A stretch of 64,000 nucleotides of DNA, taken from positions 1 through 64,000 of the forward strand of contig MCFE01000158.1 in NCBI GenBank assembly GCA_002104905.1. Direction: 5' to 3'. A program made the translations under genes and the position numbers. Source of the DNA: Basidiobolus meristosporus CBS 931.73. Its lineage: Eukaryota > Fungi > Basidiobolomycota. Under the pieces are notes generated by a model. That model had not been told where the DNA came from and made no database searches. It saw nothing but the letters and a program-made list of their open reading frames with translations. Of the stretch, positions 11,473 to 27,222 are shown one piece after another; the first letter of the stretch is position 1; every line of letters starts with the position of its first letter.

Positions 11473-12786
11473 TCAAGGCAACCCATCTTCTGCCTCAGCA
11501 AGTGCGCAGTCAAAACAAAAGGCTTTGGTGCATTTCCCGTAGCCCTGACACTCGTTCGATGAAGTGGTCGCTTGGTCTTTTCCATTGCTTGGAATTGCTT
11601 GAGAGGTGGCTATAAGATTGACATTCTCGATATCGGAATAATCGAAGTATTCGTACACGACTGATTGCGACTCGTCATCTTGGCTCCCTTCTGTGAGGGC
11701 CTCTTCTCGCTCCCACAAGGTGGAAGCCTTGGCTGCCCGCTTAATGCGGAGCAGTTCAGCAACCTTCGAGGAAACATAGCTTTCAGGTGATAGCTCCTCT
11801 AGGCTGCGGTCAAAATCAACGGCAAATGTATCGAGATGTTTCTGTGATTTTTTCTCCACCAATACTTCGATGGTACCTGGAGGATCTTCGGAAATAGCTC
11901 TTAGCCGCTTGGTCTCTCCATAATTCTGGGTGATTTCTTGAGTTTGTCTAATCTCCAGCTTTCTCTTTGTGGTGGTAGGTGTGTGAGGAGCAACAAGGGG
12001 CTCTGGTCTTTGAGCCGTTGAGGTGTATCTTGAAGGTGAGTTTGTTTCGTGAGACTGCAGACTAGAGAGGCTCAAGGATGTTCCGAGGGGTTTCTTGGAC
12101 TCCTGCTGGATTTTGTTCGATAGTGGGCTATCCAAATTCTCCTTTGCTTTTTCACTTACAATATGCAAATCGGCTAAAGCAGCCGGATTCGAACCAGATG
12201 GTCCCATGGAGAAGTCTGCTTTGGGAATAGCAGAGGTGGGTGGACGCGCTTCTTGGAGTTCAGGCAGAGACTTGGAGGTGTTATATAACGGATTCAGTGG
12301 TGAAGGCAAATGAGCGGTCTGTTGGTAGCCCATGGAAGGGTGGGGATAAAAAGGGGGGAAATTACGCGATAACCGAGGCTTTTCCTGAGCCAACATGCTT
12401 TCGAAATCTTCTTCATCGTAAACATCCTTCTCTATACGCGGCTTTGTGGGGGTTTCTTTAGAGCTCTCGTCCTCAGTGCTGGAGGAGGTTGGTGGCTCCA
12501 GAAAGCTAATAATTTCTGTTGTGAAGGGGGACTTTTCGTCTTTCGGTTTGAACAAGGAACCCAGTCTCTTCTGAGGCGTCTTCTTTAGAAATCCCTTATC
12601 CTCTATCACCTCACCCGTACTGATATCCACTACATCGCTTTCATCGAAATCTCTTCCATACTTCTGAAAGATTGAATCGAATGCAGACTTCAGGCGACAC
12701 CGGTTAAGGTAGCGGAGCGCGTCAAGAGGAGGATCATTTAATTGATCCCCCATTTGCAATGATAAGTCAGCACGGTCTTCTTGCAT
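11473..12786 (-). CDS. SCM3: CENP-A chaperone Scm3-domain protein
   Basis: RLKSAFDSIFQKYGRDFDESDVVDISTGEVIEDKGFL matches the Scm3 motif; the rest is low-complexity with a Cys-rich tail (CQGYGKCTKAFCFDC). Confidence 0.85.
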   Translation of the reverse strand: MQEDRADLSLQMGDQLNDPPLDALRYLNRCRLKSAFDSIFQKYGRDFDESDVVDISTGEVIEDKGFLKKTPQKRLGSLFKPKDEKSPFTTEIISFLEPPTSSSTEDESSKETPTKPRIEKDVYDEEDFESMLAQEKPRLSRNFPPFYPHPSMGYQQTAHLPSPLNPLYNTSKSLPELQEARPPTSAIPKADFSMGPSGSNPAALADLHIVSEKAKENLDSPLSNKIQQESKKPLGTSLSLSSLQSHETNSPSRYTSTAQRPEPLVAPHTPTTTKRKLEIRQTQEITQNYGETKRLRAISEDPPGTIEVLVEKKSQKHLDTFAVDFDRSLEELSPESYVSSKVAELLRIKRAAKASTLWEREEALTEGSQDDESQSVVYEYFDYSDIENVNLIATSQAIPSNGKDQATTSSNECQGYGKCTKAFCFDCALAEAEDGLP

Positions 12787-13080
12787 GGTATTTCGAAAGA
12801 CGTGCACAATAATAAGAACTCAAAAGAAACAGAGTTTACTTTGAATTGCCTATAAATACAAAGACGCCAGCAATTCCAATAAGAATAGTCAGTATAAACA
12901 AAGAACTATTCCAGATTGAATTGAACCATTATTGAGCAAGTTGATTATAGAATAGATTGGATTTGAATCTCAGTCGCGGAATTTTTCTTTTTTTTTTCCT
13001 GGTAGTTCACAAGGAGGCAAGTGTAAAAGAAGTCAGGAATAATTGTGGTGCTTCCGTGTTGTTTATATACCTTAAGAAAT

Positions 13081-13639
13081 ATGTCTGATACTAAGGTGCC
13101 TACCGAGACTATAGAAAAGAAACCTGCCAACGCTCCTGCTACCAGAGTTTCCGGAAAAACTTGGAAGCAGCCAAAAACCGCTTATAGACGTTCCCATTTG
13201 CCAGCTGGTGTTCGTCAAGATTGGGCTGCACGTACACGCGAACGTCAAAGAATCCAGGCCGTCAAGGCTATTGAAAAAGAATTAAAGGACGAAAAGCAGA
13301 GAATCAAAGAGGTATGGAATCGAATCTATCGGGGGTATAAAACATTCCATCCACCGATTGAAAGTATGTCTACGAAAAATGCTACTTTACTCACCTTTGC
13401 TCTTGCTTTTCCTCCATTTAGGAAGCGAAAAATAGAGCCTTAGAGCGTAAGAAGCTTCAGGAAGAGAAAGAAAGACTCGAAAAACTTCAAGCTTTGGTAC
13501 GTCTCCACGAATCACCCAAGATATGCACCAGTTTCTGAAGTAACTAAACGCACAACTTTCCAACTATCAGGTTTCCGCCAAGAAGCTTCAGCGTATTAGA
13601 AAGAAGGAAATGAGACAAAGAAACCAACACAAGAAATAA
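13081..13639 (+). CDS. CGR1: rRNA-processing protein Cgr1
   Basis: RVSGKTWKQPKTAYR motif, basic coiled coil; final exon VSAKKLQRIRKKEMRQRKPTQEISL region ends near TAA 13637-13639. Confidence 0.85.
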
Positions 13640-14034
13640 GCTTGAGTAGAGCCATCGGTAGTCTATAGACATTTCTTCAGGGAGCGCTGTTACCTCGTTT
13701 GTCACTCTTCATAGATCAATTTAACTGTGTGGTAACGTATACATATATAGTAAACCATTTCTGCGGAAAAGAACAGCGTAACGTTCTGTTCAACTTTTCT
13801 TTTTATCCATACATGTAATTTAATTGAATAAACTATTTGCTATAATCGCATGATTCAATATATTATGCTGTTACTAGCGAGTACCTTTTTCCTTTAGGTT
13901 GTCCACTTCAATGGATTGTTCTCATGCACCATTAGTAGAATGGTGACACTGTTATGCAACAGCGAAGTTGAGCTTCGCTAGAGGTTGTTATACGGCAGCT
14001 ACCACAAAGTGTTAAAAACACGGCGTATACGAAT

Positions 14035-14107
14035 GGGGCGTTGGCCTAATGGATAAGGCATCAGACTTCGGATCTGGGGATTGTGGGTTCGAGTCCCATG
14101 CGCCTCG
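14035..14107 (+). tRNA. tRNA-Arg (anticodon TCG), intronless
   Basis: Cloverleaf: acceptor GGGGCGT/GCGCCTC, D-arm GGCCTAATGGATAAGGC, anticodon arm TCAGA-CTTCGGA-TCTGG, T-arm GTGGG-TTCGAGT-CCCAT; followed by T-runs. Confidence 0.95.
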
Positions 14108-14402
14108 TTTTGCTTTTGTCACCCCTAAGTGGTTTGTTTGTGGCCTACATAGATGATAGGGGAAAGTAGTGATGGTCAGTCAGGAACTTTAGTTCACACA
14201 GCTAAGAGTTGTTGATAGACAAGTCAAGGCGTTTACGCATTAGAGGAATACCAACGAAAAGGGCTCAGAAGCATAATATTCAACATTGCACCCAGAGTGT
14301 CCAGTGTCTTTATTCATAAGATTCTTCGAAAACTAATGCGGGTATGATTCGTAAAAACACGAAACGCTCTGTAAAATATAAGCCACCAGCTTTTCTTGGG
14401 AA

Positions 14403-14878
14403 TCAGTATTCTTGAGGATTGAATATAGTAATAAAATAGTAGTCGGGATCTTTAGAATGGGAATTCGTTTAGCTCGATACTCTGTTGGGTAGGCTTATTA
14501 TGGGAGGACTTACTGGGAGCAATCATTACTTCATGCTTCTTTGTTCGGACACGAAGGAACGTAACTTCATTCTGGAAAATAAACCGTAGGGTTAGCGGTT
14601 TGAATGTGTTTAGGAATTTCTGATATGTACCTGGGGATCAATCTCATGAACAGTTGATTTAGCCATGTTTACCAGATTTGTGAATAAAGTGCTGTATTGC
14701 TTTGTTAGGGCTGTGTCAAGCGTGGAGCGAATCGACAGCCCCTCCTTATTCACAATAACCACTCCTTTGACTCCTTTACGGGAGGCTAGGCGTTTCAGAT
14801 GCTCATCTACTTCAGACTATAGACACAAGAAGTTTAATTGAGGTTGACAGAATTCGTAGATGCAAAAAGTGTTACCAT
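14403..14878 (-). CDS. DYNLRB: Dynein light chain roadblock/LC7
   Basis: Four exons: M|SEVDEHLKRLASRKGVKGVVIVNKEGLSIRSTLD...STVHEIDPQ|NEVTFLRVRTKKHEVMIAP|NPDYYFITIFNPQEY*. Absent from the ORF track. Confidence 0.92.
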
Positions 14879-15202
14879 GTTGTGCTAAAAGCTAACGGTT
14901 CAAAATCCTCAGCTCATATTCTATAAATTAATGCATCAGATACTATACTGACAATCCTCCCTAGATGTTCACCGTGATCCACACTGTTTCTAATTCATTG
15001 AAGATGTAGTATCATTTCTTGTATATATGCTAACAATAATCAAGTCAGCATGATTGCGGCAAACCAACAAAATAATCAAATCCTGAACAAATTGTGGTTG
15101 TATTGTAGATAAGAATCAGAAAAAAAGGTAAACAAATAGATAAATTCAATCCATTAAGCATTCGACCAATGTTGCCTTCTACTTGCTTACTTTCGTTAAT
15201 AT

Positions 15203-18700
<3,498 letters not shown>

Positions 18701-19147
18701 ACCTCTGGTGTTGATGGATTGATGCATTAAATTCTTGTATAGCTCTTTCTCGTTGTTAGTTTATTGTGTACTTTTTGATATTTGCGAAATCGTAGGATCT
18801 GTTTATTGTTCGTATTAAATTGTCCAAATCTCTCAATCCAGTTGTTTTTCTGCGAACCACACTTGATTGGCCAGAGTCTTCAATGCTGCTCAAGTCAAAA
18901 CAAATCGTGAGGGGAAGGTTTGTTTTTGTTTATATTTTAGAAACAGGAAACCAAGTCCTACGGGTCGATTGTATTTCTTCAGCCTTGACCGTCTTAATTT
19001 CGTGTTTTTCGGGATTCTCTTAACATCCGAGTAGTTATCTACTAGATATATTTTGTATTGTTGGAGAGACATCCGACACACTCAACACAGCTCCAACCTA
19101 CTTGCCCCAAGCGCCCATTACTTTTTATACCACCAGAGCTCGCTACA

Positions 19148-21262
19148 ATGCCCGTATCTCCGTTTGCCACTCCAAGGAGGATGACCATTCATACTCCATT
19201 CAAGACGCCACACTCGCTTAAGAGAGGTTTCAACGACGACGCCTCTGAGCGCGATTTGCGTAGGAAGTCGTTAATGGAGTCTGCCAAGCGCCGCAGATCG
19301 GAACTCTTCACTCCCAGAAGACGCATCTCCATCCTTGAGGGTTCGCCAAAGCATACGCCACGCAGAACGCCAGGCACGCCTAACAGACGTTTGACCAACC
19401 TGGTTAGCAGCCCTCTACCTGTGGCTCAGATGCTCTCCGCTGAGGAGATCAGCCACCGTTATGAAGAATGGATGAAGATCGCGGCAGACAACAAGATCAA
19501 TGCTAACAACACCTGGGACTTCGCACTGATTGATTTCTTCTACGACATGTCGCTTCTGAAAGACGGCGAGTCGGTGAATTTTCAAAAAGCCTCGTGTACC
19601 CTCGATGGTTGCATCAAGATCTACACATCCCGAGTCGATTCAGTCGCGTCGGAAACGGGAAAGCTTCTCAACGGCCTTGCCGAAAGCATCAATACAAAGA
19701 CGAGGGACTCCATGGATGAGGAGGAGGGAGGTAGAAAGAGCAAGAAGTCCTACAGAAGTGAAAACACATTGGCAAAGGACTTCACCTCACTCACCCTGAA
19801 GCAATTCGATCTGGAGTTTGCGGTCGACCCACTGTTCAAGAAAACCTCTGCTGATTTCGATGAGGGCGGCGCCCGAGGCCTACTCTTGAATCACTTGAGC
19901 ATTCACAACAACGGCAAGATCATCTTCGACGCTAGCGATGCCGCACCCTTCGACAAGGAAGTCTCCGAACTAGAGCAAGATGAAGCCGACATCGACATTG
20001 GCAAACTGAAGGACAAATTCTTCGACAACTTCGACGATTTCTTGAGCCGGGACATCTGCCCTTCGCTCCAGTCATTTGAGCTTGCATCTGACACCTCTCC
20101 GGACATCACAGCTCTCAAAAAGGTGATCGAGGATTTCGCCGAAAACGAACTATATGATGAGCAGAACGACGACTACGACGACGATGACGACGACATTGAC
20201 AACCAAGACGACCACCACATTCCGTTCTTCGGGAGCGAGGCCAACGATGACTTCGGATCCAACCACTTCGAGGATGGGGAGGATGATGTCCGGGTGTCGG
20301 AGCAAGCAGGGCCCGGCCAGTTCAACATTGATTTCGTGCCTATGGCGAACGGTGGCGATGACGTATACTCTTATTTTGATTCTGCATTTATGAAAAACTG
20401 GGCTGGTCCTGAACACTGGAAACTCCAACGTGCTCCCAAGGAGAAGGTTGAGATCGCTGGGGAAAGCCAGAAGAAGAAAGCGGAGAAGCAGCAATTCCAG
20501 ATCGACTTCATCGAGTCGAGAGACGTTGACGAGAAGAAGCTCTTCGCCCCCGCGAACAACCCCACCCTGGCAAAGCCTTCGGAGAAGACTGCTGCCAAGA
20601 CCCTGCTCCCCGACGATATGCACTTCTCCTCCAAGAACCTGCTCAGTCTCTTCACGAAGCCCCAGGTGTCCATGATCACCAAGAAGCGGCCTGCATTCGA
20701 TGAGGACGGGGAATACGAAGGCGCGGTCTTCGGCGATGAAGGGAACACCTATGAGATCGGAAACCACTTCGCCGCCGACGCCCTTAGCCAGGCGGACACC
20801 CAAGCCTCCTCGAACTTCTACAACGACGCGATTGATGAGAACCACGACGATGACGATGACGATGGTCCGTTCCCTGATGTCGATGACGGGGTGGACTTTG
20901 GGGAGCAATTGGTTACTCAGCCCAAGTTCATCAAGCCCGAATATTTGAATTACGCCAAGACCGCCAAGAAGGTCGATGTCAAGAAGCTCAAGGACAACAT
21001 ATGGAAGGAGCTGGTCACGGACGAGTCCACCGAAGTCCCCGACTCTGAGGATCTGGAGGAGCGGAAGGTGGAAGGGACCCAACGGTTCACCGACGTCATG
21101 ACGAATCTCAAGCAGGTCTATCCCGAGAACAAGATGCAGGACATTTCCGTGTCGTTCTGCTTCATCTGTCTACTGCATCTGGCGAACGAGAAGAACCTGG
21201 AGATCACCAGCGACGATCTCTCCAGCGATCTGATCGTGAAGCAGAGCGAAGATCTGGCTTAG
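19148..21262 (+). CDS. BRN1: Condensin kleisin subunit (barren/Brn1/CAP-H), intronless
   Basis: DNKINANNTWDFALID, NFQKASCTLDGCIKIYTSRVDSV, DPLFKKTSADFDEGGARGLLLNHL, WAGPEHWK, FICLLHLANEKNL. Confidence 0.95.
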   Translation: MPVSPFATPRRMTIHTPFKTPHSLKRGFNDDASERDLRRKSLMESAKRRRSELFTPRRRISILEGSPKHTPRRTPGTPNRRLTNLVSSPLPVAQMLSAEEISHRYEEWMKIAADNKINANNTWDFALIDFFYDMSLLKDGESVNFQKASCTLDGCIKIYTSRVDSVASETGKLLNGLAESINTKTRDSMDEEEGGRKSKKSYRSENTLAKDFTSLTLKQFDLEFAVDPLFKKTSADFDEGGARGLLLNHLSIHNNGKIIFDASDAAPFDKEVSELEQDEADIDIGKLKDKFFDNFDDFLSRDICPSLQSFELASDTSPDITALKKVIEDFAENELYDEQNDDYDDDDDDIDNQDDHHIPFFGSEANDDFGSNHFEDGEDDVRVSEQAGPGQFNIDFVPMANGGDDVYSYFDSAFMKNWAGPEHWKLQRAPKEKVEIAGESQKKKAEKQQFQIDFIESRDVDEKKLFAPANNPTLAKPSEKTAAKTLLPDDMHFSSKNLLSLFTKPQVSMITKKRPAFDEDGEYEGAVFGDEGNTYEIGNHFAADALSQADTQASSNFYNDAIDENHDDDDDDGPFPDVDDGVDFGEQLVTQPKFIKPEYLNYAKTAKKVDVKKLKDNIWKELVTDESTEVPDSEDLEERKVEGTQRFTDVMTNLKQVYPENKMQDISVSFCFICLLHLANEKNLEITSDDLSSDLIVKQSEDLA

Positions 21263-21875
21263 CAAGAGGATCGTCGTCAAGTCGACCGGACCATCCAATT
21301 AGACATTCAGTATGCGTCCGGCGCGTGTATCTTACCCCCGTCGAAATTTTGCCTTCACTTCCTGTGTAATCCTTTGTTGTGCTAAGCATTTTGGAAATGT
21401 ATATTTTATTTAGGCTATAAATAAACTATGAGCGCAAGCTTCTAGATAGATCAGTGATGCGGATGTTGTATGAAAAGTGTGCATGACGCTGAGAGCAGGC
21501 CTTCCACTCACTATTCAGCGATTGCCAGAAGATGATGACACTACCAATGTGGGCGCAAAGACAACATAGCATTAACAGCGCCACCGAAGCAAAGCCGTAT
21601 TCCAAGCCACCATGCTACTACCCAACTCTAGCGTGCATGCTCATCACAGCGAATAGACATCTATGCAATATCAATCAAGATCAAATTTTATACTGGATCG
21701 TGGGCTTGATAGCAGTTGCCTAGAATCCAGTATTGTTGTTGCAACATATCGATCATTATCAATATGGCAGCTAGTGGCTGGGCTCGTAAACCGAGATCCA
21801 ATCTGGACTAGGCTATAGTGGTAGAAAATTTAACATAAGAGTAGCAGACCAACGTAGGAATCATTATTCGACAAT

Positions 21876-22885
21876 ATGGTCAAGCTACCGTTGAGAGTTG
21901 CGAGCGCTGCTAGAACTTCCTTACTAGGTGGTCAACGCCGTGCTGGCGCAATACCCATTGTCGTAAATAGAGCCTTAACCTGTAGGTATCTAGCATACAC
22001 TGATTATACTTCCACCCTATTCACCCGAGTCCATTGTCAACTCACATTCAACAGCATTTGAAGCTTCTCGAGGACAACCACTTTATGAGGGCCACATTCC
22101 AACCTCTCCGTTGGAGAAAGGTGCACTCTCGGTAAAAGCCGCCTTTACCGCACTATTTAACCCTTTACGAGGAGGTAGTGTTGCTAATGTTACTTTGGCC
22201 ACCTTCTAGAAATGATGTATAACCCCCCTTTTGCTTCGTAGATATGGTTGCAGTATTGGGAGAAACCACTGGCTCTATGGTACTTGCACGTATTCGCGAT
22301 AAAATGCTTTTAGACCCTGTTGGCCGCAGAATACTTAGAGAGCGGCCTGTGCTCAATAGCAAGACCCTAAATTTGCCGGGACTTCGCACTCTTCCCGACG
22401 GAACCTTTGGTCGCGAATATGTTAGATGGTTAGACGAACAACAGGTCACCCCCGACACACGTGCTCCGGTAAACCACTGAGCTTATTTTTTACTTGTCGG
22501 TGCACAGGAGACTTATCCTAACGTACACTAGGTCCATTATGTAGACGACCCAGAGCTTGCTTACGTGATCAGACGTTATCGTGAGACACACGACTTCTAC
22601 CATGCCCTGACTGGAATTGGCATTAGTGTTGAAGATGAATTGGCTCTGAAATGGTTCGAGTTTGCCCAAACTGGTTTACCCATGACCCTCCTTGGGTCAG
22701 TATTTGGCCCCTTACGTTTACCCTCAGTCGAGCGTAAGCATCTATTTGAGGTATATGTTCCTTGGGCAATTCGCTGCGGCTCCAACGCCAAGTTCCTTAT
22801 GAACGTTATGTATGAGGAATCCTTTGATAAGCCTCTGGATGAATTCCGCAAAGAGCTCGGAATCTATCTACCTCCCAAGGCCTAA
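21876..22885 (+). CDS. COQ4: Ubiquinone biosynthesis protein Coq4
   Basis: DPVGRRILRERP, LPDGTFGREY, RYRETHDFYHAL (HDxxH) and ELALKWFEFAQTGLPM; multi-exon. Confidence 0.93.
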
Positions 22886-23189
22886 CCCCCTCCCCACCCT
22901 CTTGCGCATCATGGAAACGCTGAAGCAATAAACAACGTAAAAATATTAAGCACCAATTGACCTGATAACCAGATCCGTTTACAGCATTGCACTGAACGCT
23001 TGGCTCCCAAATGGACGCTGAATCCAAATCAACGTCATCCAGCAGCAATTAGTTCTAAATCACCTCAGAATCGGAATGAGAAGGAAATTTGATCTGGGAA
23101 AAAAAACTGGCATTTGCTGCATATCCCTAGATTCTGGCTGTGGATGTCGAGCTTAATTACTTCAGAATCCTTAGGACCTATTGACAATT

Positions 23190-24195
23190 ATGGCTGACAT
23201 CGAACGCAAGGAAGTTTTGTACTGCGAGGGTAAGTATGGCCGTAGACGTTGATTAGCAGGAGGTATATACTCACATCCCTCCTTTTAGTGTGCACTCTCC
23301 CACCTGAGGTGAGCTGAAGTTTCCTTTCCCCCTGTATCCACTAGTTATTCTGACATTCCGTTACTGCTTCGAACGCTTAGTTCTGTGAGTTTGGGACCAC
23401 CTTGGAAAAGTGCAAGCAATGGCTTCAGAAGGAACACCCAGAGGAGTTTGAGAAATTATACTCCACCGGTGAAGGTGAGGATCTTTCGTGGATAGACGTA
23501 GATCGTGCTTTTCTAACGATCAATGGTTGTTTTCTCAGGGATTGAGGAGAAGATGGGCAAAGCCACTTTAGACGATAAACCTGCTGAGGAGGAGAAGAAA
23601 CCAGTAAAGAGTCAGTGGATTTCATTGACAAGCCAAATCTTATCAAGGCTGACTAGGGTTCATATATAGGCAAGAATCTCAGCAAGGCAGAGAAGGAGCT
23701 TCAAAAGAAACAGGTATATTTTTAACTACGTTGACTAGCTTTAACATGAGTGCTCACTCAACAATTGCTGTTCATGTAGAATGCCAAAGTGTTCATTGAA
23801 CGAGTAGAGCGCAACAAGCGCAAGTGTGTCACCAGTGTACTTGGTCTTGAAGTCTTCGGTAAATAAGTCAATACAGAATGGATAGGCGTTGTGCCCAGCA
23901 TCCTAACGGTCTTCCAGATATCGACCTAAAGAAAGCCGCCAAAATCTTCGCCAATCGATTCGCCTGTGGCTCATCGGTGGCCAAGAACAAGCAAGGCTTG
24001 GACGAAATAGTTGTCCAAGGGGATTTCTCCGAGGAAATCAGGGATTTGATTCTCGAAAACTGGAGCGTTGTAAGTACCCTACAATTGAGCCCCACTCATC
24101 CACTCATCCCACTGCATACTTAACCATACTCACAGGTGCCCGAAAACAACATCGAGTTCGTTGAGAAGAAAAAGAAGAAAGCAACCCCAGCATAA
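23190..24195 (+). CDS. TMA22: Translation machinery-associated protein 22 / DENR (SUI1 domain)
   Basis: VLYCE|VCTLPPE|FCEFG, IERVERNKRKCVTSVLGLEVF, DLKKAAKIFANRFACGSSV, DEIVVQGD. Confidence 0.93.
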
Positions 24196-24729
24196 GGAAC
24201 CTGTAAACACTTGTGCCAATAAAGCTATACCCAGCGAATTTCGTTGTACAAAAATAGGAGACTCAGGCTGGATACTGCACATTATTCAACCGAACCTAGG
24301 CACTGAATCAATCCATCTACAACACATGTCGTGTTGGATGGCCCGCACTTGGTAAATCAATGCACACTTCCTAGACTATACTATTGTTGTCTCACTAGCA
24401 GCGATCACCTATTTCATGGGGCTGCAACTAAGCATGTGCAGGTGGGAAATAACGGTGGGAAATAGCAACCCATGGATCAACAGCATGGTGTAGATGGTTG
24501 AACATCAATCAGCCCAAAATCGACAGAAACCTGGACAAGTTGACACGTGAATCACGTGAATCATCTTTATTGCTGATGCTAATAAAAAACAAGTTGACAT
24601 ATAACTAGGGTGTATGACGTCCTGAACCAGTGTTGAAAAGAACGTTAAATGCTATCTATGGTGCATCAATGGATTGATGTGAATGGAGAGAAAAAGGTTT
24701 GATGAATAGCGGCAGTGAAATGCCATTTT

Positions 24730-25747
24730 TTACAACTCAGACAGCATATCTTTCACTGCATTGTAGTAGTCCTCATGGACGTAGTCTTTGAGTTCCTGCT
24801 TAGTTACCCAAGCGAAGTCTTGGAAGGTCTTTGCTTCAGGAGCAGCTTGGCCGGAGAAGATACGGGCCTTCATGAAAAACACCTGATACAATCATTAATG
24901 CTACGAATTGCGATCAGAAACACCGAAATGGATCGTTACCTTGGTTCCCTGAACGCCATTATCGGATTTGGGGGCATTGTATACAAAATGGCCTACAGGA
25001 GCACGCCCAACAAACCACAGATCCATGTTGCTTCCACATTGTTCGAATACCTCTCTCTCGGCAGCCTATGGAAATACTTTAATAAATCTCCGCGTTGTTC
25101 TCGTTGCTATAAATTAGCTACCTCGTGAAGAAGTTCATTTTTCTCAACAAGGCCTTCAGGGAACTGCCATGCGCGCTCTTGACCTGCCTTCTTGACAATC
25201 AGATATAGCGTACGTTGGAGTGCTCTATCCAAAGAATGCACGTCCTTTCTTAGGTCAGCGGTGGTTTCTCTGGGCGCAGGAGTGAATTGAGCATTCACGC
25301 CTGTCTCTTCGAGAGCCCCCTTGCCGTTGGGATCTTTGGTGGCAGCACCCTTTCCGCTGTGTTCAGCAAGCCATCTCTTCTCAGCAATTGAGCCCTTCTT
25401 GAAATAAAATTCAACTGGGAATGGAGCAGCTTGGTCTCTCTCTGAAGACTCTTGGTGCTTGAAATAGGCAGTCTCGAAAGAAGTAGGGTCACGTAAAATA
25501 ACTGGTGTACGAGCAACAAGAACACCCGCAGCAACTTGGTAACCATCAGCGCTAACGATGTTTTTCTTGACAGCAGGAGCAGCTGCAGCTGCAGTAGCAA
25601 GAGAACGCCTAACGATAGCATCTTTTAAAGAGAAACAACACAAGCAATGGTTAATAAATAGCAACAAGAGCCACCGGAAAATCGGACGGGAAGTATACCT
25701 CTGGTGAAAAGAGAGCCCAAACGAATTGAAGAAGCCAAGTGCTGCAT
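24730..25747 (-). CDS. MRPL17: Mitochondrial ribosomal protein mL46 (yeast Mrpl17)
   Basis: PAPRETTADLRKDVHSLDRALQRTLYLIVK, WQFPEG, FAWVTKQELKDY; exon 1 MQHLASSIRLGSLFTR splices in frame. Confidence 0.88.
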
Positions 25748-27222
25748 ATTTGAATTTTTGGGCTGTTTCTAGACTGACTAATACAACTATTAAAGATAAA
25801 GAATAAGCAGTGTTCTCGAAACCCAGCTACAAGCTTCGAAAAAAATGAACAAAAATATTTGGAGGTGAAATTCAAAATTTTCAATTACCCGCGCTGGGGA
25901 CCAAACGATTCGCCTGTACTGGTATAAAACAGTCCAGAACAATGTGTACCGTATGTTGGATTAATCACCAGTATGGTTTAACTGCGGATCAGAAATAATT
26001 GGCATCTACAGGTGCCTGGACATTACACCTTATATTATGTAAGGGGTATGCGTCTAGAATGCTGGTTGGATTAAAATATGAACCAGGATTCACTGAGTCA
26101 ACAGCAGCGCAGCACATCTTATAAATATGATATGCCAGCTGATCCAAAATTCAGCAACCGGGAAAAACTCAAATGCCTATCAAAACGATATGCACTACAG
26201 TCCGTTAACTCTAGAAAACATCTATACAAGGGTGTTGTATCGTTTACCCAGCGATATATAGCACATCAAAAGGAATGCGCGTTCTTTTTGGTTCTCTATT
26301 AGAACATTGACTAGGCCTCATATCGACCAGGAGTACATCCATGTTTTACATTCCCAAGGGTAGCCAAATCAATGTTTCTATGAGTGCACATACCTCCACA
26401 TAGCTGTAGTCATTCCAATAACCAAGTGTAGCGTCATAGCTGCTAAAAGTTTGATTGATGTGACAAAGGCCTTCCTTATTGGTTCAAACCGTAGAAGCAA
26501 GAATTTGATTGACCATTCGTTCCTGACTCTAGGTTTACACCCCTTATTTCTACAATTTATATATTATATACTACATTCATCATTTGATACTAATCACTAA
26601 CTATCGGACAGTTAGGCCCAAGCTGATGGATGGAACATTCGAACCGGTTGGAAGGCAATAATAAAATATCAAATCAACATAAAAGAATGGATTTCAATTG
26701 TACAGGATTTACTGGCATCTAGCCATTATCAGTACTCAGAGAACGCTTGGTAATATATAGAAATAAAATGGTAATCTATAAAGTACATAGTCTATATCAA
26801 AATGATGGAATATTTATATTGATATCCTACAATCTATGTAGAATGAATTATTGTTTGGTGGGGCGTTGTTTTCATCAAGGTTAGTGCTTCGATAGCCTGA
26901 AGTTAGGCCAATTTAGAATACTCTTCGAGTTAATATCACGTCCAACTGACATTTGTATACCTATTGTAAAGTAATAAATCACGAAATCTTATTTTGTCAG
27001 CTTGAAAAGGGGATTTGTTCCACACCCCAAATTCTCTTGCCGGAATGATTTAAATGGATACCATTTGAATAAAGGTTGAGATTTGCCTTGTTCTATAATT
27101 GTGCCCTACTTGATCTTTAAACACAGGCTCAACCTCGCTTTACGTCAACATCTTGTTTTTATTTGCTTTTTCTTCGCTCTAAAGCACGCCAACTAGATCT
27201 CTTACATTACCCAACCGTAAAG

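Noticed and set aside
20150-21082. 310-aa antisense ORF (and other overlapping ORFs) over BRN1
   Set aside because: Shadow of a strongly GC3-biased real gene; no domain signal. The same applies to antisense ORFs over IPP1 (35393-36022), NDUFS3 (3922-4422) and FAS1.
24543-24559. Two adjacent CACGTG (E-box/CDEI-like) sites
   Set aside because: They lie between convergent 3' ends with no CDEII/CDEIII context and are explained by a 9-bp duplication.
25900-27160. Protein-like fragments upstream of TUP1 (e.g. minus-strand EGLCHINQTFSSYDATLGYWNDYSYVE near 26400-26480)
   Set aside because: Could not be spliced into a consistent gene; flanked by stops; treated as intergenic.
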